From Hyphomicrobiales bacterium (GTDB taxonomy: Bacteria; Pseudomonadota; Alphaproteobacteria; Rhizobiales; NORP267): 64,000 nt of DNA. Below, in pieces: positions 26,593-36,193 of this stretch (positions within the stretch are counted from its first letter, which is position 1; each line of letters starts with the position of its first letter). The notes below the pieces were generated by a model. It ran no database searches and was not told the DNA's origin. It worked only from the letters and a program-made list of their open reading frames with translations. Location of the stretch: positions 5,723-69,722 of the forward strand of contig JAJFGZ010000002.1 of NCBI GenBank assembly GCA_021775855.1, written 5' to 3'. A program made the position numbers and the translations under genes.

Positions 26593-26898
26593 TTAGTGGG
26601 TCCAGTTTTCCGCGCGCCCAAAACGAAAATTGTCTGCGTAGGAGGCCGGTTTCGGGTTCCTGCTCTGGCTTTCCTGCACAGTATAGGCAAGACGGTTGCG
26701 CTTGGCGTAGGCGATAGCTTCATCCTTGGACGCGAATCTGATCTTTACCTGATTTTGCATGTCGGACGATGACGTCCAGCCCATTAGCGGTTCTACACTG
26801 TTCGGGCGGCTGCGTTCGAATTCCAGCACCCAGCCGGTCTCCCCCGCCCTTCCCGATTGCATGGCGTTTTTGGTCGGTGAATAAATCCGCGCGGCCAT
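26593..26898 (-). CDS. NADH:ubiquinone oxidoreductase NDUFS4-like protein (ETC complex I subunit conserved region)
   Basis: 101 aa. ARIYSPTKNAMQSGRA...W.LEFE...EPLMGWTSS.D...QV...F.SKEEAIAYA resembles the 18-kDa/AQDQ subunit homologues found in alphaproteobacteria. Confidence 0.8.
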   Translation of the reverse strand: MAARIYSPTKNAMQSGRAGETGWVLEFERSRPNSVEPLMGWTSSSDMQNQVKIRFASKDEAIAYAKRNRLAYTVQESQSRNPKPASYADNFRFGRAENWTH

Positions 26899-26945
26899 CT
26901 GGTCTGCCTCCCTGCCGGGTCGTTATACGTCCATTTTTCCGGTTC

Positions 26946-27022
26946 TGGTCGGGGCAGCAAGATTCGAACTTGCGACCCCCTGGTCCCAAACCAGGTGCGC
27001 TACCAGACTGCGCCATGCCCCG
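26946..27022 (-). tRNA. tRNA-Pro (anticodon UGG)
   Basis: The minus strand reads CGGGGCATGGCGCAGTCTGGTAGCGCACCTGGTTTGGGACCAGGGGGTCGCAAGTTCGAATCTTGCTGCCCCGACCA. It folds as a cloverleaf with anticodon loop TTTGGGA and an encoded CCA. Confidence 0.9.
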
Positions 27023-27085
27023 CCAACCGGATCAGGTTCCGCCTATGCCAGAAAGTAGTCTCAGGCTCAAGTCATATCAGCAATA

Positions 27086-28264
27086 TCAATCGTTACCCGA
27101 CATTTCCGCCCCGAGCGTTTCGGTCACCAGGTTCACCCAATAAGTCGCGCCAAGGGGCAGCAGGTCGTCGTTGAAATCATAGGCCGGGTTGTGAAGATTG
27201 ATATGATCCTCGCCGGCCCCGATCCAGGCATAGGCGCCCGGCTTTTCCTGAAGCAGGAAGGCAAAATCCTCGGCACCCATGCTGGGATTAGCTGTGTCCA
27301 CCACATTGTCCGGTCCCACAAGGCGCGCTGCCGCGTTGGCCGCAATGCCGGTTTCACGCTCGGAATTCACAGTCGGCGGGTAGCCGCGCTCATAACGGAG
27401 AAGCGCGTTGGCGCCGTGGGCCTCGGCAATCCCGGAAGCAATCTTTTTAATCGCCGGTTCCAGACGGTCCTGCACGGCGTCTTTGAATGCGCGGACGGTA
27501 CCGCGCAGCACCACTTCTTCCGGGATCACGTTCCAGGTATCACCGCCATGGAATTGCGTCACTGACACGACGACAGGGTCTACGGGATCGAACATGCGGC
27601 TGGCAATCGTCTGTAACGCGCCGACTATCTCGGCAGCCGCAACAATTGTATCGATCCCCTGATGGGGCATGGCTGCATGTGCGCCTTTCCCCGTCACAAT
27701 AATCTCAAACGTATCGGTAGAAGCCATGACCGGGCCAGCGCGCACGCCCATCTGCCCGACCGGCATGCCCGGCCAGTTGTGCAGGCCATACACCTGATCC
27801 ATGGGAAATTGCTCGAACAGGCCTTCTTCGACCATTTTCTGACCACCCCCCTCATTCTCTTCGGCTGGCTGAAAGATAAAATGGACGGTGCCGGCAAAGT
27901 CACGGTTGCCGGCAAGATGCCGAGCAGCGCCAAGCAGCATGGTTGTGTGACCATCGTGGCCGCAGGCATGCATTTTCCCGGCATTCTGCGAGCGATAATC
28001 CAAGTTGGTCTGCTCCTCGATATCGAGCGCATCCATGTCGGCGCGCAGCCCGATCGCGCCGCCGTCCCCGCCTGTGCCCCGCAAGACGCCAACGACGCCG
28101 GTGCCCGCCAGTCCGCGATGTACTTCGATGCCAAAGGCTTCAAGTTTTTCCGCAACCAGGTCCGACGTCCTGAATTCCTCAAAGGCGGTTTCCGGGTGGG
28201 CATGAATATCCTGGCGCCAGGATTTCATATCGTCGAGAAACGATGCGATGTCTTTGTGGACCAT
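27086..28264 (-). CDS. M20-family amidohydrolase (N-acyl-amino-acid / hippurate hydrolase-like)
   Basis: WRQDIHAHPE, MHACGHDGH and FQPAEE metal-binding motifs are present. Confidence 0.85.
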   Translation of the reverse strand: MVHKDIASFLDDMKSWRQDIHAHPETAFEEFRTSDLVAEKLEAFGIEVHRGLAGTGVVGVLRGTGGDGGAIGLRADMDALDIEEQTNLDYRSQNAGKMHACGHDGHTTMLLGAARHLAGNRDFAGTVHFIFQPAEENEGGGQKMVEEGLFEQFPMDQVYGLHNWPGMPVGQMGVRAGPVMASTDTFEIIVTGKGAHAAMPHQGIDTIVAAAEIVGALQTIASRMFDPVDPVVVSVTQFHGGDTWNVIPEEVVLRGTVRAFKDAVQDRLEPAIKKIASGIAEAHGANALLRYERGYPPTVNSERETGIAANAAARLVGPDNVVDTANPSMGAEDFAFLLQEKPGAYAWIGAGEDHINLHNPAYDFNDDLLPLGATYWVNLVTETLGAEMSGND

Positions 28265-28281
28265 ATTTATTCCTGTCCGGT

Positions 28282-28707
28282 TTAGTTGAATAAAGGGTGT
28301 GTTACGCGATCTCCCGGGCGAATTCCCAACCTCCGGGAGGTGCCGGCCGGTACTTCAAGTACCCCCGTCACGTCGCCGTTTGACGATATCGTTGCCAGCG
28401 AATGAGGCTCTGTATTCTGTTCAATGCGACGAATTACACCGTCTGATTTGATAAAAATCATGTCGAGGGAGATATAGGTGTTCTTCATCCACATCGAGAC
28501 TTCGGTAGGGTCCCCGAAATCAAACAGCATCCCGGTATCAGGCGCCATAGATTGGCGAAACATCAGCCCTTGTGCGCGCTGTTGGGGCGTCGCTGCAAAT
28601 TCGACCTGGATGGTCACTGGTCCTGCTTCGGTATCGATGGACAGGGTATCTTCCGAAGCAATGGCACCATTAATAGCTGAAGAAAAGATCAGCAGGAAAG
28701 CCGCCAA
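28282..28707 (-). CDS. DUF192 domain protein (secreted); start codon unresolved
   Basis: The DUF192-like core is QGLMFR...MLFDF...SMWMKNTYISLDMIF. The first canonical start in frame is TTG 28707. The frame stays open upstream to 28749. The 275-aa track ORF runs through the csp gene and is not credible. Confidence 0.62.
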   Translation of the reverse strand: MAAFLLIFSSAINGAIASEDTLSIDTEAGPVTIQVEFAATPQQRAQGLMFRQSMAPDTGMLFDFGDPTEVSMWMKNTYISLDMIFIKSDGVIRRIEQNTEPHSLATISSNGDVTGVLEVPAGTSRRLGIRPGDRVTHPLFN

Positions 28708-28745
28708 GACCGTCCGCGCGGCCAGACTGAATTGAATTCCAAAAT

Positions 28746-29327
28746 TCAGTTTGTGGTGACCGCCGGCGGTATATCGCCGTCCGGGTATATTTCGGCAGCC
28801 ATACGGCCCTTGTCGCCGTCGCCCCACCTGACTTTTACCTTTTGTCCCGGAATCAACTCCGCGAAACCGTAAATCCGCAAGGTTTCCATATGCACAAATA
28901 TGTCTGAGGTCTCCGGACCCTGGGTCAGAAAACCGTATCCCCGAACGCGATTGAACCATTTGACTTCCGCAATCTCTATGCCACTCGTGGGAGTCACGGT
29001 GACATGAGTACGCGGTCCCTGCAACTCCGACGGATGAAATGCGGTCGAATCGTCCATGGACAGGATTTTGAATGCCTGCATGCCGCGGGGCCGTTTGAGC
29101 GCCTCGCACACCACACGGGCCCCTTCATAGGCCGCATGAAATCCATCGCGCCGAAGACACGTCACGTGCAACAGGACATCGGGCATGCCGTTATCCGGTA
29201 CGATAAAGCCGTATCCCCGGGACGCATCAAACCATTTGATCGTTCCAGATATCTCTATGACATCGACGTTCGCTTCGTCGAGATTTTCAAGATCAAGGGC
29301 CAGTTCTTCCGGCCTTGTATCCCCCAT
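28746..29327 (-). CDS. Cold-shock-domain protein with two tandem CSDs
   Basis: The two CSDs are [20 protein letters not shown]...DVLLHV and [31 protein letters not shown]1-like motifs are present in both. Confidence 0.85.
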   Translation of the reverse strand: MGDTRPEELALDLENLDEANVDVIEISGTIKWFDASRGYGFIVPDNGMPDVLLHVTCLRRDGFHAAYEGARVVCEALKRPRGMQAFKILSMDDSTAFHPSELQGPRTHVTVTPTSGIEIAEVKWFNRVRGYGFLTQGPETSDIFVHMETLRIYGFAELIPGQKVKVRWGDGDKGRMAAEIYPDGDIPPAVTTN

Positions 29328-29799
29328 GCCGCATCACCTCACTCAACTTACAGGGTTCCACCTACCCAATCCGAACAGGTTGCCTATCCCTCTCCGTTAC
29401 CTAAACATATCACCGGACAATTGTGGGGAAAGTCCCCAGTTCAATTATCCTGTGAATGCAAGTGAACAACTAAGTTGATTCAGGCGCTATGACTTTCCGT
29501 AATAATTTGAAATCGCTCGGTTTATCTATTGTTGATCCGCCTGGAAAAGAATTTCCCCGGTTAATCGCAAAGACCCTAACAATATCCTCATTTGGTGTAA
29601 TTTTAATTTTACTCAACTGTATGTTGTACATGATTTGCAAATAACGGGAAAAATCGTGGTTTTGATTCGGCCTCAATAATGCGGTTTGGATGTCAATCCC
29701 AGATCGGTGAAATTGGGTTGTTGACAATGTTTCCTTCAGTCAGGTTGAGTTGGGCCAACTACGAACATGCGCGTCCACACCCATTTGAAGGAATTCCGA

Positions 29800-30240
29800 A
29801 TGAGATATTTGCATACGATGGTGAGGGTCAAAGATCTGGAATCGTCGCTTGATTTTTATTGCAACAAACTTGGTATGACCGAAGTCGACCGGCGGGAATT
29901 TCCCGGTGCGCGCTTCACGCTTGTTTTCCTTGCCGCGTCCGAAGATAAGACGTCCGGCATGTCTAACCGTGCACCCCTGCTGGAGCTGACCTACAATTGG
30001 GATGATCAGGACTATCCCGAGGGGCGTAATTTTGGCCACCTCGCGTTCGAGGTCGAGGATATCTATGCCACGTGCCAAAGCCTCACCGACGCAGGCGTGG
30101 TCATAAACCGTCCGCCGCGGGATGGACGCATGGCGTTCATCCGCTCCCCCGACTGCGTCTCCATCGAACTCCTGCAGCGGGGCGACGCACAAGCGGTTGC
30201 GGAACCCTGGAACAGTATGGAGAATACCGGCACATGGTGA
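29800..30240 (+). CDS. gloA: Lactoylglutathione lyase (glyoxalase I)
   Basis: [30 protein letters not shown] and [10 protein letters not shown] motifs are present. Start is at ATG 29800, inside the track ORF that starts at 29767. Confidence 0.88.
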   Translation: MRYLHTMVRVKDLESSLDFYCNKLGMTEVDRREFPGARFTLVFLAASEDKTSGMSNRAPLLELTYNWDDQDYPEGRNFGHLAFEVEDIYATCQSLTDAGVVINRPPRDGRMAFIRSPDCVSIELLQRGDAQAVAEPWNSMENTGTW

Positions 30241-30352
30241 ACCGATTTGAGCGGCGCGACTGTGTAGTTCCTGTTTCAGGCACCGAATAATTGCATCGCA
30301 ATTTCCAGACTGCTACACAGACCCCAATCGGATTCAGGCTGGACAACATTTT

Positions 30353-31090
30353 ATGAGCGAAACCAATCAGGCAATTATTGAATTCGACCCGCCGGACGGC
30401 GTGCCGGCAACGAGCGAAGATCCGAATGACTTTCTCGCGTCGACGCCTTATCTCGACTTTGACAACGAATTAGTCCGGGCTTTTGCGGAAGATTCAATTG
30501 ACGGAGCCACAGACGATGTCGAGAAGGCGATAAAACTGTTTTACGCGGTGCGCGACGGAGTTCGCTACAACCCCTATGAGACGAGCCGGATAAAGAACCG
30601 GTACCGCGCAAGTTGGACCTTGTCACAAAAGACCGGCTGGTGCGTCCAAAAGGGAATCCTCATGGCTGCCCTGTCACGGGCAGTGGGTATCCCGGCGCGC
30701 GTTGGATATGCTGATGTACGCAATCATCTGGCGAGCGAACGCCTACTGGAAATCATGGGAACGGACGTATTCGCGTTCCATGGCTGGGTCGAACTCTGGT
30801 TGGAAGGGCGCTGGATAAAAGTTACCCCCGTATTCAATAAAGAATTGTGCGAAAAATTTCACGTCAAGCCGCAGGAATTTGACGGTGTCCACGAAACCCT
30901 TTTTCAAGAACACGATCAGCGCGGCAACAAGCATATGGAATATTTACGCGAACGCGGTCCCTATACCGATTTACCGCTACAGGAAATGCTCGACGATTTT
31001 GACGAACGGTATCACTCATTCATCGAATCCGCCACAAGCGAAGGCGGCGATTTCCATGCCGAGGCGGATTCCCAGGGCCAGTCTTCCTAG
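30353..31090 (+). CDS. Transglutaminase-like cysteine-protease-fold protein
   Basis: The catalytic-Cys context is KTGWCVQKGILMAALSRAVGIPAR, and the His context is FHGWVELWLEGRWIKVTP. Confidence 0.75.
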   Translation: MSETNQAIIEFDPPDGVPATSEDPNDFLASTPYLDFDNELVRAFAEDSIDGATDDVEKAIKLFYAVRDGVRYNPYETSRIKNRYRASWTLSQKTGWCVQKGILMAALSRAVGIPARVGYADVRNHLASERLLEIMGTDVFAFHGWVELWLEGRWIKVTPVFNKELCEKFHVKPQEFDGVHETLFQEHDQRGNKHMEYLRERGPYTDLPLQEMLDDFDERYHSFIESATSEGGDFHAEADSQGQSS

Positions 31091-31118
31091 TCACAAATTT
31101 ATAGCTCAAATTCCTGTT

Positions 31119-32003
31119 CTAAACCTGCTCCGAAATAAATTGCCAGAGCCGATTGGCGACCGGGCCGTGTGGATAGGCCCGCAACTTTGCTGCCACGATT
31201 TCGGCTTCCCCACCCGCAAAATGCTTGCCCGCAATTGTGATCAACCGCCCTTCCATTAGTTCCCGCTCGATTAGAAAATCCGGAAGATGGCCCCACCCCA
31301 TGCCCTGGAGAATGATTTCCTTTTTCATCAGTTGATCGCTGACGGTCCAACTGCGGGCACCTTCAATCATATAGTATGATTGATGCGGTGAATGTCGGGC
31401 AGTGTCGCGAATTATGCATTGGGCATACGGTCGCATTTGTTCCGGGGTGATCTCATTGGTAATTTCGAAATCCAGAAATCCCTCTGCAACAACTGGGATA
31501 AACCGGACTTTACGCAGGTCGACGAATTCCAGGCGTGGATCGCTTTTGTCGATATGATGCAAAATGAGATCCGCATCATTGTCGAGAAGACGCTCGACGG
31601 GGCCACCCAACGCTTCAAAATGCAGATCCAGCCGGGTATCCGGGCAATTTACAAAAAACGAATTAAGCAAGCCGAGAGATTCGGACAGTGGACAGGAATC
31701 TCCCACTATTATCGAAAGAGCCGTTTCTTCGCCTTTGGCCATATGTTCGGCGTGGACTTCAAGGACCCTCGCCTCTTGTAGCAGCACTTTCGTTTTTTCG
31801 TGGAATGATTGCCCATCTGGGGTCAATGCAACACGGTAACCGCTCCGGTCCAACAGTGCGACACCAACCTGTTCTTCGAGTGCCTTGATGGCCACGAAGA
31901 TGGTAGGGTGGGTGCGATTGAGTATTTTAGCCGCTGCCTGGAAACTGCCTGCCCCGACCACAGCTTCAAAACATCGCAATTGATGTAAGGTCAATCCATT
32001 CAT
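31119..32003 (-). CDS. LysR-family transcriptional regulator
   Basis: The HTH is LTLHQLRCFEAVVGAGSFQAAAKILNRTHPTIFVAIKALEEQVG. It is divergent from the oxidoreductase gene at 32101. Confidence 0.9.
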   Translation of the reverse strand: MNGLTLHQLRCFEAVVGAGSFQAAAKILNRTHPTIFVAIKALEEQVGVALLDRSGYRVALTPDGQSFHEKTKVLLQEARVLEVHAEHMAKGEETALSIIVGDSCPLSESLGLLNSFFVNCPDTRLDLHFEALGGPVERLLDNDADLILHHIDKSDPRLEFVDLRKVRFIPVVAEGFLDFEITNEITPEQMRPYAQCIIRDTARHSPHQSYYMIEGARSWTVSDQLMKKEIILQGMGWGHLPDFLIERELMEGRLITIAGKHFAGGEAEIVAAKLRAYPHGPVANRLWQFISEQV

Positions 32004-32100
32004 TGTCGCTTTATATTACAATTTTTGACGATATTTTGTAATATTTTTTCTAAATAATGATGCGTAAGAAATTGCCTCATTCTAACAGGAGGCAAAGCTA

Positions 32101-33081
32101 ATGCAGGCAATCGTCATCAAAAAATATGGAGGTCCAGACAATCTGGCTGTTGTGGATATCCCCGAACCTGAGCCGATGGCAGGGCATATTATTGTTGAGG
32201 TCAAAGCTTTCGGGATCAACCGGGCGGAGATGTATTTCCGCGAAGGTGTTTGGGGAGACGTCGCCAGGGTCAGCGGGATTGAGTGCGTTGGACGTGTAAA
32301 ATCTGACCCATCCGGGCAGATGCCGGTTGGCCAGAAGGTTTTTGGGCTAATGGGGGGAATGGGCCGAACGATAGATGGAAGTTATGCCGAATATGTATCG
32401 GTGCCTGCTGCCAATGTTGTCGCTATCGAATCTGAATTACCGTGGGAAGAGTTGGCAGCGATACCTGAATCCTACGCCACGGCATGGACATGCCTGTCTC
32501 GCAACCTCACCTTGAAAACCGGCCAGACAATATTGATCCGGGGGGCGACGTCTGCACTTGGGCAGGCCGCCGTTAATATCACACGTCATTTGGGCGCGAC
32601 GGTGCTCGCGACCACACGAAAAAAAGATCGGTTTGAGTCCCTCGCAGACCTTGGCGCGGAACCACTCCTGGACGACGCGGAATTGTCGCCAGCCATACGT
32701 GATCGCTGGAAGGGGGGTATAGACGCGGTGTTGGACATTGTTGGCAACAGCACAATCCTGGATTCCCTGGCCATGACCAGGGCGGACGGCAAAGTTTGCC
32801 TTGTCGGATTCCTTGGCGGCGGGGACCCAATTCCCAATTTCAATCCAATGACGCAGATGCCGAGCGGCGTTCACCTGAGTTTCTTCGCAAGTGCATTCGT
32901 ATTCGGTTCACCAGACTACCCTCTTACAGGTATTCCCTTTCAGGATATTGTAAATCGCGTCGGCAACGGTGCTTATAAGGCCAAGCCAGCAGAGGTATTC
33001 GATTTTGTGCAGATCGCAGATGCCCACCGCTTCATGGAATCCAACAAGGCAAATGGAAAGATCGTTGTACGCGGTCCCTAG
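32101..33081 (+). CDS. NADPH:quinone oxidoreductase / zinc-type alcohol dehydrogenase-like (MDR superfamily)
   Basis: 326 aa with a GroES-like N-terminus, the Rossmann motif IRGATSALGQAAV and the C-terminal motif NGKIVV. Confidence 0.85.
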   Translation: MQAIVIKKYGGPDNLAVVDIPEPEPMAGHIIVEVKAFGINRAEMYFREGVWGDVARVSGIECVGRVKSDPSGQMPVGQKVFGLMGGMGRTIDGSYAEYVSVPAANVVAIESELPWEELAAIPESYATAWTCLSRNLTLKTGQTILIRGATSALGQAAVNITRHLGATVLATTRKKDRFESLADLGAEPLLDDAELSPAIRDRWKGGIDAVLDIVGNSTILDSLAMTRADGKVCLVGFLGGGDPIPNFNPMTQMPSGVHLSFFASAFVFGSPDYPLTGIPFQDIVNRVGNGAYKAKPAEVFDFVQIADAHRFMESNKANGKIVVRGP

Positions 33082-33104
33082 GTCGGGGCGAGATCAAACG
33101 CGCT

Positions 33105-33782
33105 TCAACGGTTTTCCTTCTGAAATTGAGCCGTCAGAAATTCTCCCGTCCGTTTGCGGGCCAGACGCGAACTTTCGGAATCGAATTCCGACCGAGCATC
33201 GCAATCGAAGCCGTGACCGGCGGGGTAAACGTATGATTCAACGTCGGGATGCAGCTTTCGGATGTCCTCCACGTGATCCATGGGGACCAGTCGGTCCGTT
33301 TCGCCAAAATGAAGCAACGTCGGACAGCCTGGTGTTTCACGTCTATGCGGGTGGATTTGCCCACCATAAAAGCAGATCGCCGCGGCGATCGGCAAGCGGC
33401 AGGCGGCCAGCCAGGCAATGGATCCACCCCAGCAATAACCAACGACCGTAACGCGGCCAGCACGGCCTGCATATTTCGCTGCTGCATCAACGTCCAACAC
33501 CACATCGTTCCAGGGGATCGAATTTCGGATATCGCGACCCCGCGCCACGTCGTCACCAGTATATCCGAGCTCAACATCACGCTGTTTCCGATCAAAGAAT
33601 GCCGGCGCAATGGCGAGATAACCCTGCCTGGCATACCTTTCCGCAACATCACGAATATGCGCATTCACGCCCATGACCTCCTGACAAACAACGAGACCGC
33701 CCAAGGGCACGCCTGCCGGACTGGCAACATAAGCGCCTAGTTGATGGCCATCGGCTGCGGTTAAGATTTCCCTGCTTCTCAT
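33105..33782 (-). CDS. Dienelactone hydrolase family protein
   Basis: 225 aa. The nucleophile elbow is VVGYCWGGSIAW (G-x-C-x-G), and HGF lies near the C-terminus. Confidence 0.85.
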   Translation of the reverse strand: MRSREILTAADGHQLGAYVASPAGVPLGGLVVCQEVMGVNAHIRDVAERYARQGYLAIAPAFFDRKQRDVELGYTGDDVARGRDIRNSIPWNDVVLDVDAAAKYAGRAGRVTVVGYCWGGSIAWLAACRLPIAAAICFYGGQIHPHRRETPGCPTLLHFGETDRLVPMDHVEDIRKLHPDVESYVYPAGHGFDCDARSEFDSESSRLARKRTGEFLTAQFQKENR

Positions 33783-33812
33783 ACCAACAATCCCCTTTCA
33801 GATTTTAGGCGT

Positions 33813-34283
33813 TCAAGTCCGAATTTCGAAAATTGCCTCGATTTCAAGAGGCGTACTTCGTGGTAACTCCGCGAGACCAATAGCGCTTCTCGCATGCTGG
33901 CCGCGTTCCGGGCCGAACAGTTCATAGAACAGGTCGGAAGCGCCGTCGATTACCTCTGGTTGGCTATCAAATCCAGGCGACGAATTTACCATTCCAAGCA
34001 ATTTGATCACCCTGTGAATGTGGTCAAGATTTCCAATTTTCTGTTTCACGGATGCCAATATATTCAGAGCGGATGCCTTCGCTGCTTTGCGCGCTTCCTC
34101 AAGAGAAACATCGGCGACCACTTTCCCCTTCACTGCAACCCCGAAGTTGGCCGGAGGATGGTGGCCGGATGTGTATAGAAATTGCCCCACCTGGATGCAC
34201 CCGGTCCTGCTCGGGTTTGGATAGACAAAAGGCGGTGGCAACGTGAGTTTCATTTCGGACAACCGGTTTTCAACATCACTCAT
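33813..34283 (-). CDS. RidA/YjgF/UK114 family protein
   Basis: 156 aa with RSAIGLAELP...LEIEAIFE at the C-terminus, typical of the family. Confidence 0.8.
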   Translation of the reverse strand: MSDVENRLSEMKLTLPPPFVYPNPSRTGCIQVGQFLYTSGHHPPANFGVAVKGKVVADVSLEEARKAAKASALNILASVKQKIGNLDHIHRVIKLLGMVNSSPGFDSQPEVIDGASDLFYELFGPERGQHARSAIGLAELPRSTPLEIEAIFEIRT

Positions 34284-34319
34284 TGATCTCTTCCCTTTTT
34301 CTGAATTTAACTATTTGAA

Positions 34320-35507
34320 TCACGCGCCGGCGGTTTCGCGGCTGGATGCGGAAAGACAGCCGAGCGCCGCCGTGACTCCGCCCGTCGAATGCGGAATGCC
34401 GGTCAGGCCCAATCCCATCTCGACGCCGCAAAGCGTTGCCGCAAGCATGAGATCATTGAAGTCACCCAGATGACCGATCCGGAATATTTTTCCGGACAAT
34501 TTACCGAGGCCGCTGCCAAGCGACATATTGAAATGGTCGAGAACAAATTTGCGAAACCCATCTGCGTCGCTCCCTTCGGGTACCAAAATCGCTGTCAAAG
34601 CACTGGAATATTCTTCCGGTGTCTCACAGACCAATTCCAGGCCCCAGTGGCGCACGGCACTTCGGGTCGCTTCGCCGTGCCGATCGTGCCGGACAAAGAC
34701 GTTCCCAAGACCCTCTTCGTTCAACATGTCGAGAGCTTCACGTAGTCCGAATAACAGGTTTGTTGCCGGCGTATAGGGAAACGAACCCGCCTCATTTGCG
34801 GAAATTATGGCCTGCCAATCCCAGTAAGAGCTGGGCAGCCGGGCACTTGCATGGGTGGCCATCGCCTTGTCGCTGACTGCGTTGAAGCTCAGGCCGGGGG
34901 GCAGCATCAACCCTTTCTGGGAACCGGCGATGGTCACATCGACACCCCATTCATCATGTCGGTAATCGATTGAAGCAAGCGAAGATATTGCGTCAACCAT
35001 CAGCAATGCAGGGTGACCGGCGCGATCAATCGCCTGGCGCACGGCCGCTATGTTGGACGTAATGCCCGTGGCGGTGTCGTTATGTACAATGCAGACGGCT
35101 TTGATCTCATTTGCAGTATCATCCGCCAATACCGCCTCTATCCGGGATGCGTCCACGCCGTGCCGCCAATCGCCTGAGATGAATTCCGGATTGAGGCCCA
35201 GACGTACAGCAAGGTCTTTCCAAAGCGTCGCAAACTGGCCGGTTTCGTACATCAATACCCTGTCGCCTGGCGACAGGGTATTGACCAGTGCAGCTTCCCA
35301 CGCGCCGGTTCCAGAGGCCGGGTAGATTACCACCGGGTCCCTGGTCTTGAATATTGTGCGGATATCGACCAACAACCCATTGGTCATCTCAGCAAATTCT
35401 GGCCCCCTATGATCAATCGTCGGGGCACAAATCGCCCTCAATATCCGATCGGGTACGTTGGTTGGCCCGGGTATTTGAAGAAAATGTCTCCCGCCAGAAT
35501 ATGACAT
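34320..35507 (-). CDS. Class V aminotransferase (serine/alanine-glyoxylate aminotransferase family)
   Basis: The N-terminus is HFLQIPGPTNVPDRILRA...DHRGPEF. The PLP-lysine context is AGSQKGLMLPPG. Confidence 0.85.
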   Translation of the reverse strand: MSYSGGRHFLQIPGPTNVPDRILRAICAPTIDHRGPEFAEMTNGLLVDIRTIFKTRDPVVIYPASGTGAWEAALVNTLSPGDRVLMYETGQFATLWKDLAVRLGLNPEFISGDWRHGVDASRIEAVLADDTANEIKAVCIVHNDTATGITSNIAAVRQAIDRAGHPALLMVDAISSLASIDYRHDEWGVDVTIAGSQKGLMLPPGLSFNAVSDKAMATHASARLPSSYWDWQAIISANEAGSFPYTPATNLLFGLREALDMLNEEGLGNVFVRHDRHGEATRSAVRHWGLELVCETPEEYSSALTAILVPEGSDADGFRKFVLDHFNMSLGSGLGKLSGKIFRIGHLGDFNDLMLAATLCGVEMGLGLTGIPHSTGGVTAALGCLSASSRETAGA

Positions 35508-35659
35508 GTTCGTCGCTCCATGGTTCTAAAGTTAGGGGATTCTTTCCGGAACTCCGCCGGGTGCACCAAAGGCGCAGAATTTGAACCTGCCATCGCCCGG
35601 GAATTCCTTCCCCGGGCAACTTTGCCGTGGCATCTAAACGGATGTCGTCTGTCGTGAGG

Positions 35660-36193
35660 CTACGCGGCCTGAATTTTTTCCATGAAGGAGCGGAAAACCG
35701 GCGTGTAACCTTTCATCTGAACCGTTGCTGCACCCATTTCGTCGAATGCTGCTTCGGGTAGCGCCTTGAAACCGAGCCCGTTGGCGAGGATGCTGTAGAC
35801 TTTGAGGACGGCCACAAGTCCGACTACGTCCTCCACCGTCTGGTCGTTCCAGCCGGCGTCGCGGATGGCCTGGATATCCATTTCTGTAACCGAGCTGGAA
35901 TCCTCGTTGAGCTTTTGGGCAAACGTCAGAATGGCCTGGAGCTTGTCATTTCCGTTCAGATTCGTGTCGCCTCCCAGGGCTTTGATCATGCCTGTCCGGA
36001 TGCCGGCACAAAATACCGATTTGTTCTGTTCGCCAAGCGCCAGCCCGACCTGTTCGCAATCCGCCCAGCTTAGCTCTGATGTATTCAGAATGATCGCGTC
36101 GAGGAATTCGATGATCGGCAAATAACGCTGATGGTCACGCAAAAGGGCTTCGAGGAAATTATCCATATTCTTGGTTTGACTGAGATGCGGCAT
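35660..36193 (-). CDS. AhpD/carboxymuconolactone-decarboxylase-like (peroxidase-related) protein
   Basis: The C-terminal pattern IQAIRDAGWNDQTVEDVVGLVAVLKVYSILANGLG is typical of CMD/AhpD-core proteins. Start is placed at ATG 36193. The track start at 36301 adds an implausible leader. Confidence 0.55.
   Translation of the reverse strand: MPHLSQTKNMDNFLEALLRDHQRYLPIIEFLDAIILNTSELSWADCEQVGLALGEQNKSVFCAGIRTGMIKALGGDTNLNGNDKLQAILTFAQKLNEDSSSVTEMDIQAIRDAGWNDQTVEDVVGLVAVLKVYSILANGLGFKALPEAAFDEMGAATVQMKGYTPVFRSFMEKIQAA

Noticed and set aside
26433-26772. Two plus-strand track ORFs (94 and 102 aa) covering tRNA-Arg and the NDUFS4-like gene
   Set aside because: They are read-through frames across a tRNA gene and antisense to a well-supported CDS.
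26428-27085. Idea that tRNA-Arg/tRNA-Pro (and tRNA-Glu at 37245-37319) mark integration sites of genomic islands
   Set aside because: There is no integrase, excisionase, transposase or phage gene within the window. I could not find a direct repeat of a tRNA 3' end by eye. The flanking genes are ordinary metabolic genes.
28708-29109. N-terminal ~135 codons of the 275-aa track ORF that ends as the DUF192 protein
   Set aside because: This part overlaps the two-CSD gene in another frame and is Arg/Gly-rich nonsense. Only the C-terminal DUF192 portion is credible.
29470-29727. 85-aa minus-strand ORF in the csp/gloA spacer
   Set aside because: It has a TTG start with no Shine-Dalgarno sequence. 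Its A/T-ending codon usage is unlike all confident genes here, and it resembles no family I know. I treat the region as non-coding (possibly a csp 5' UTR), but I cannot exclude a foreign small gene.
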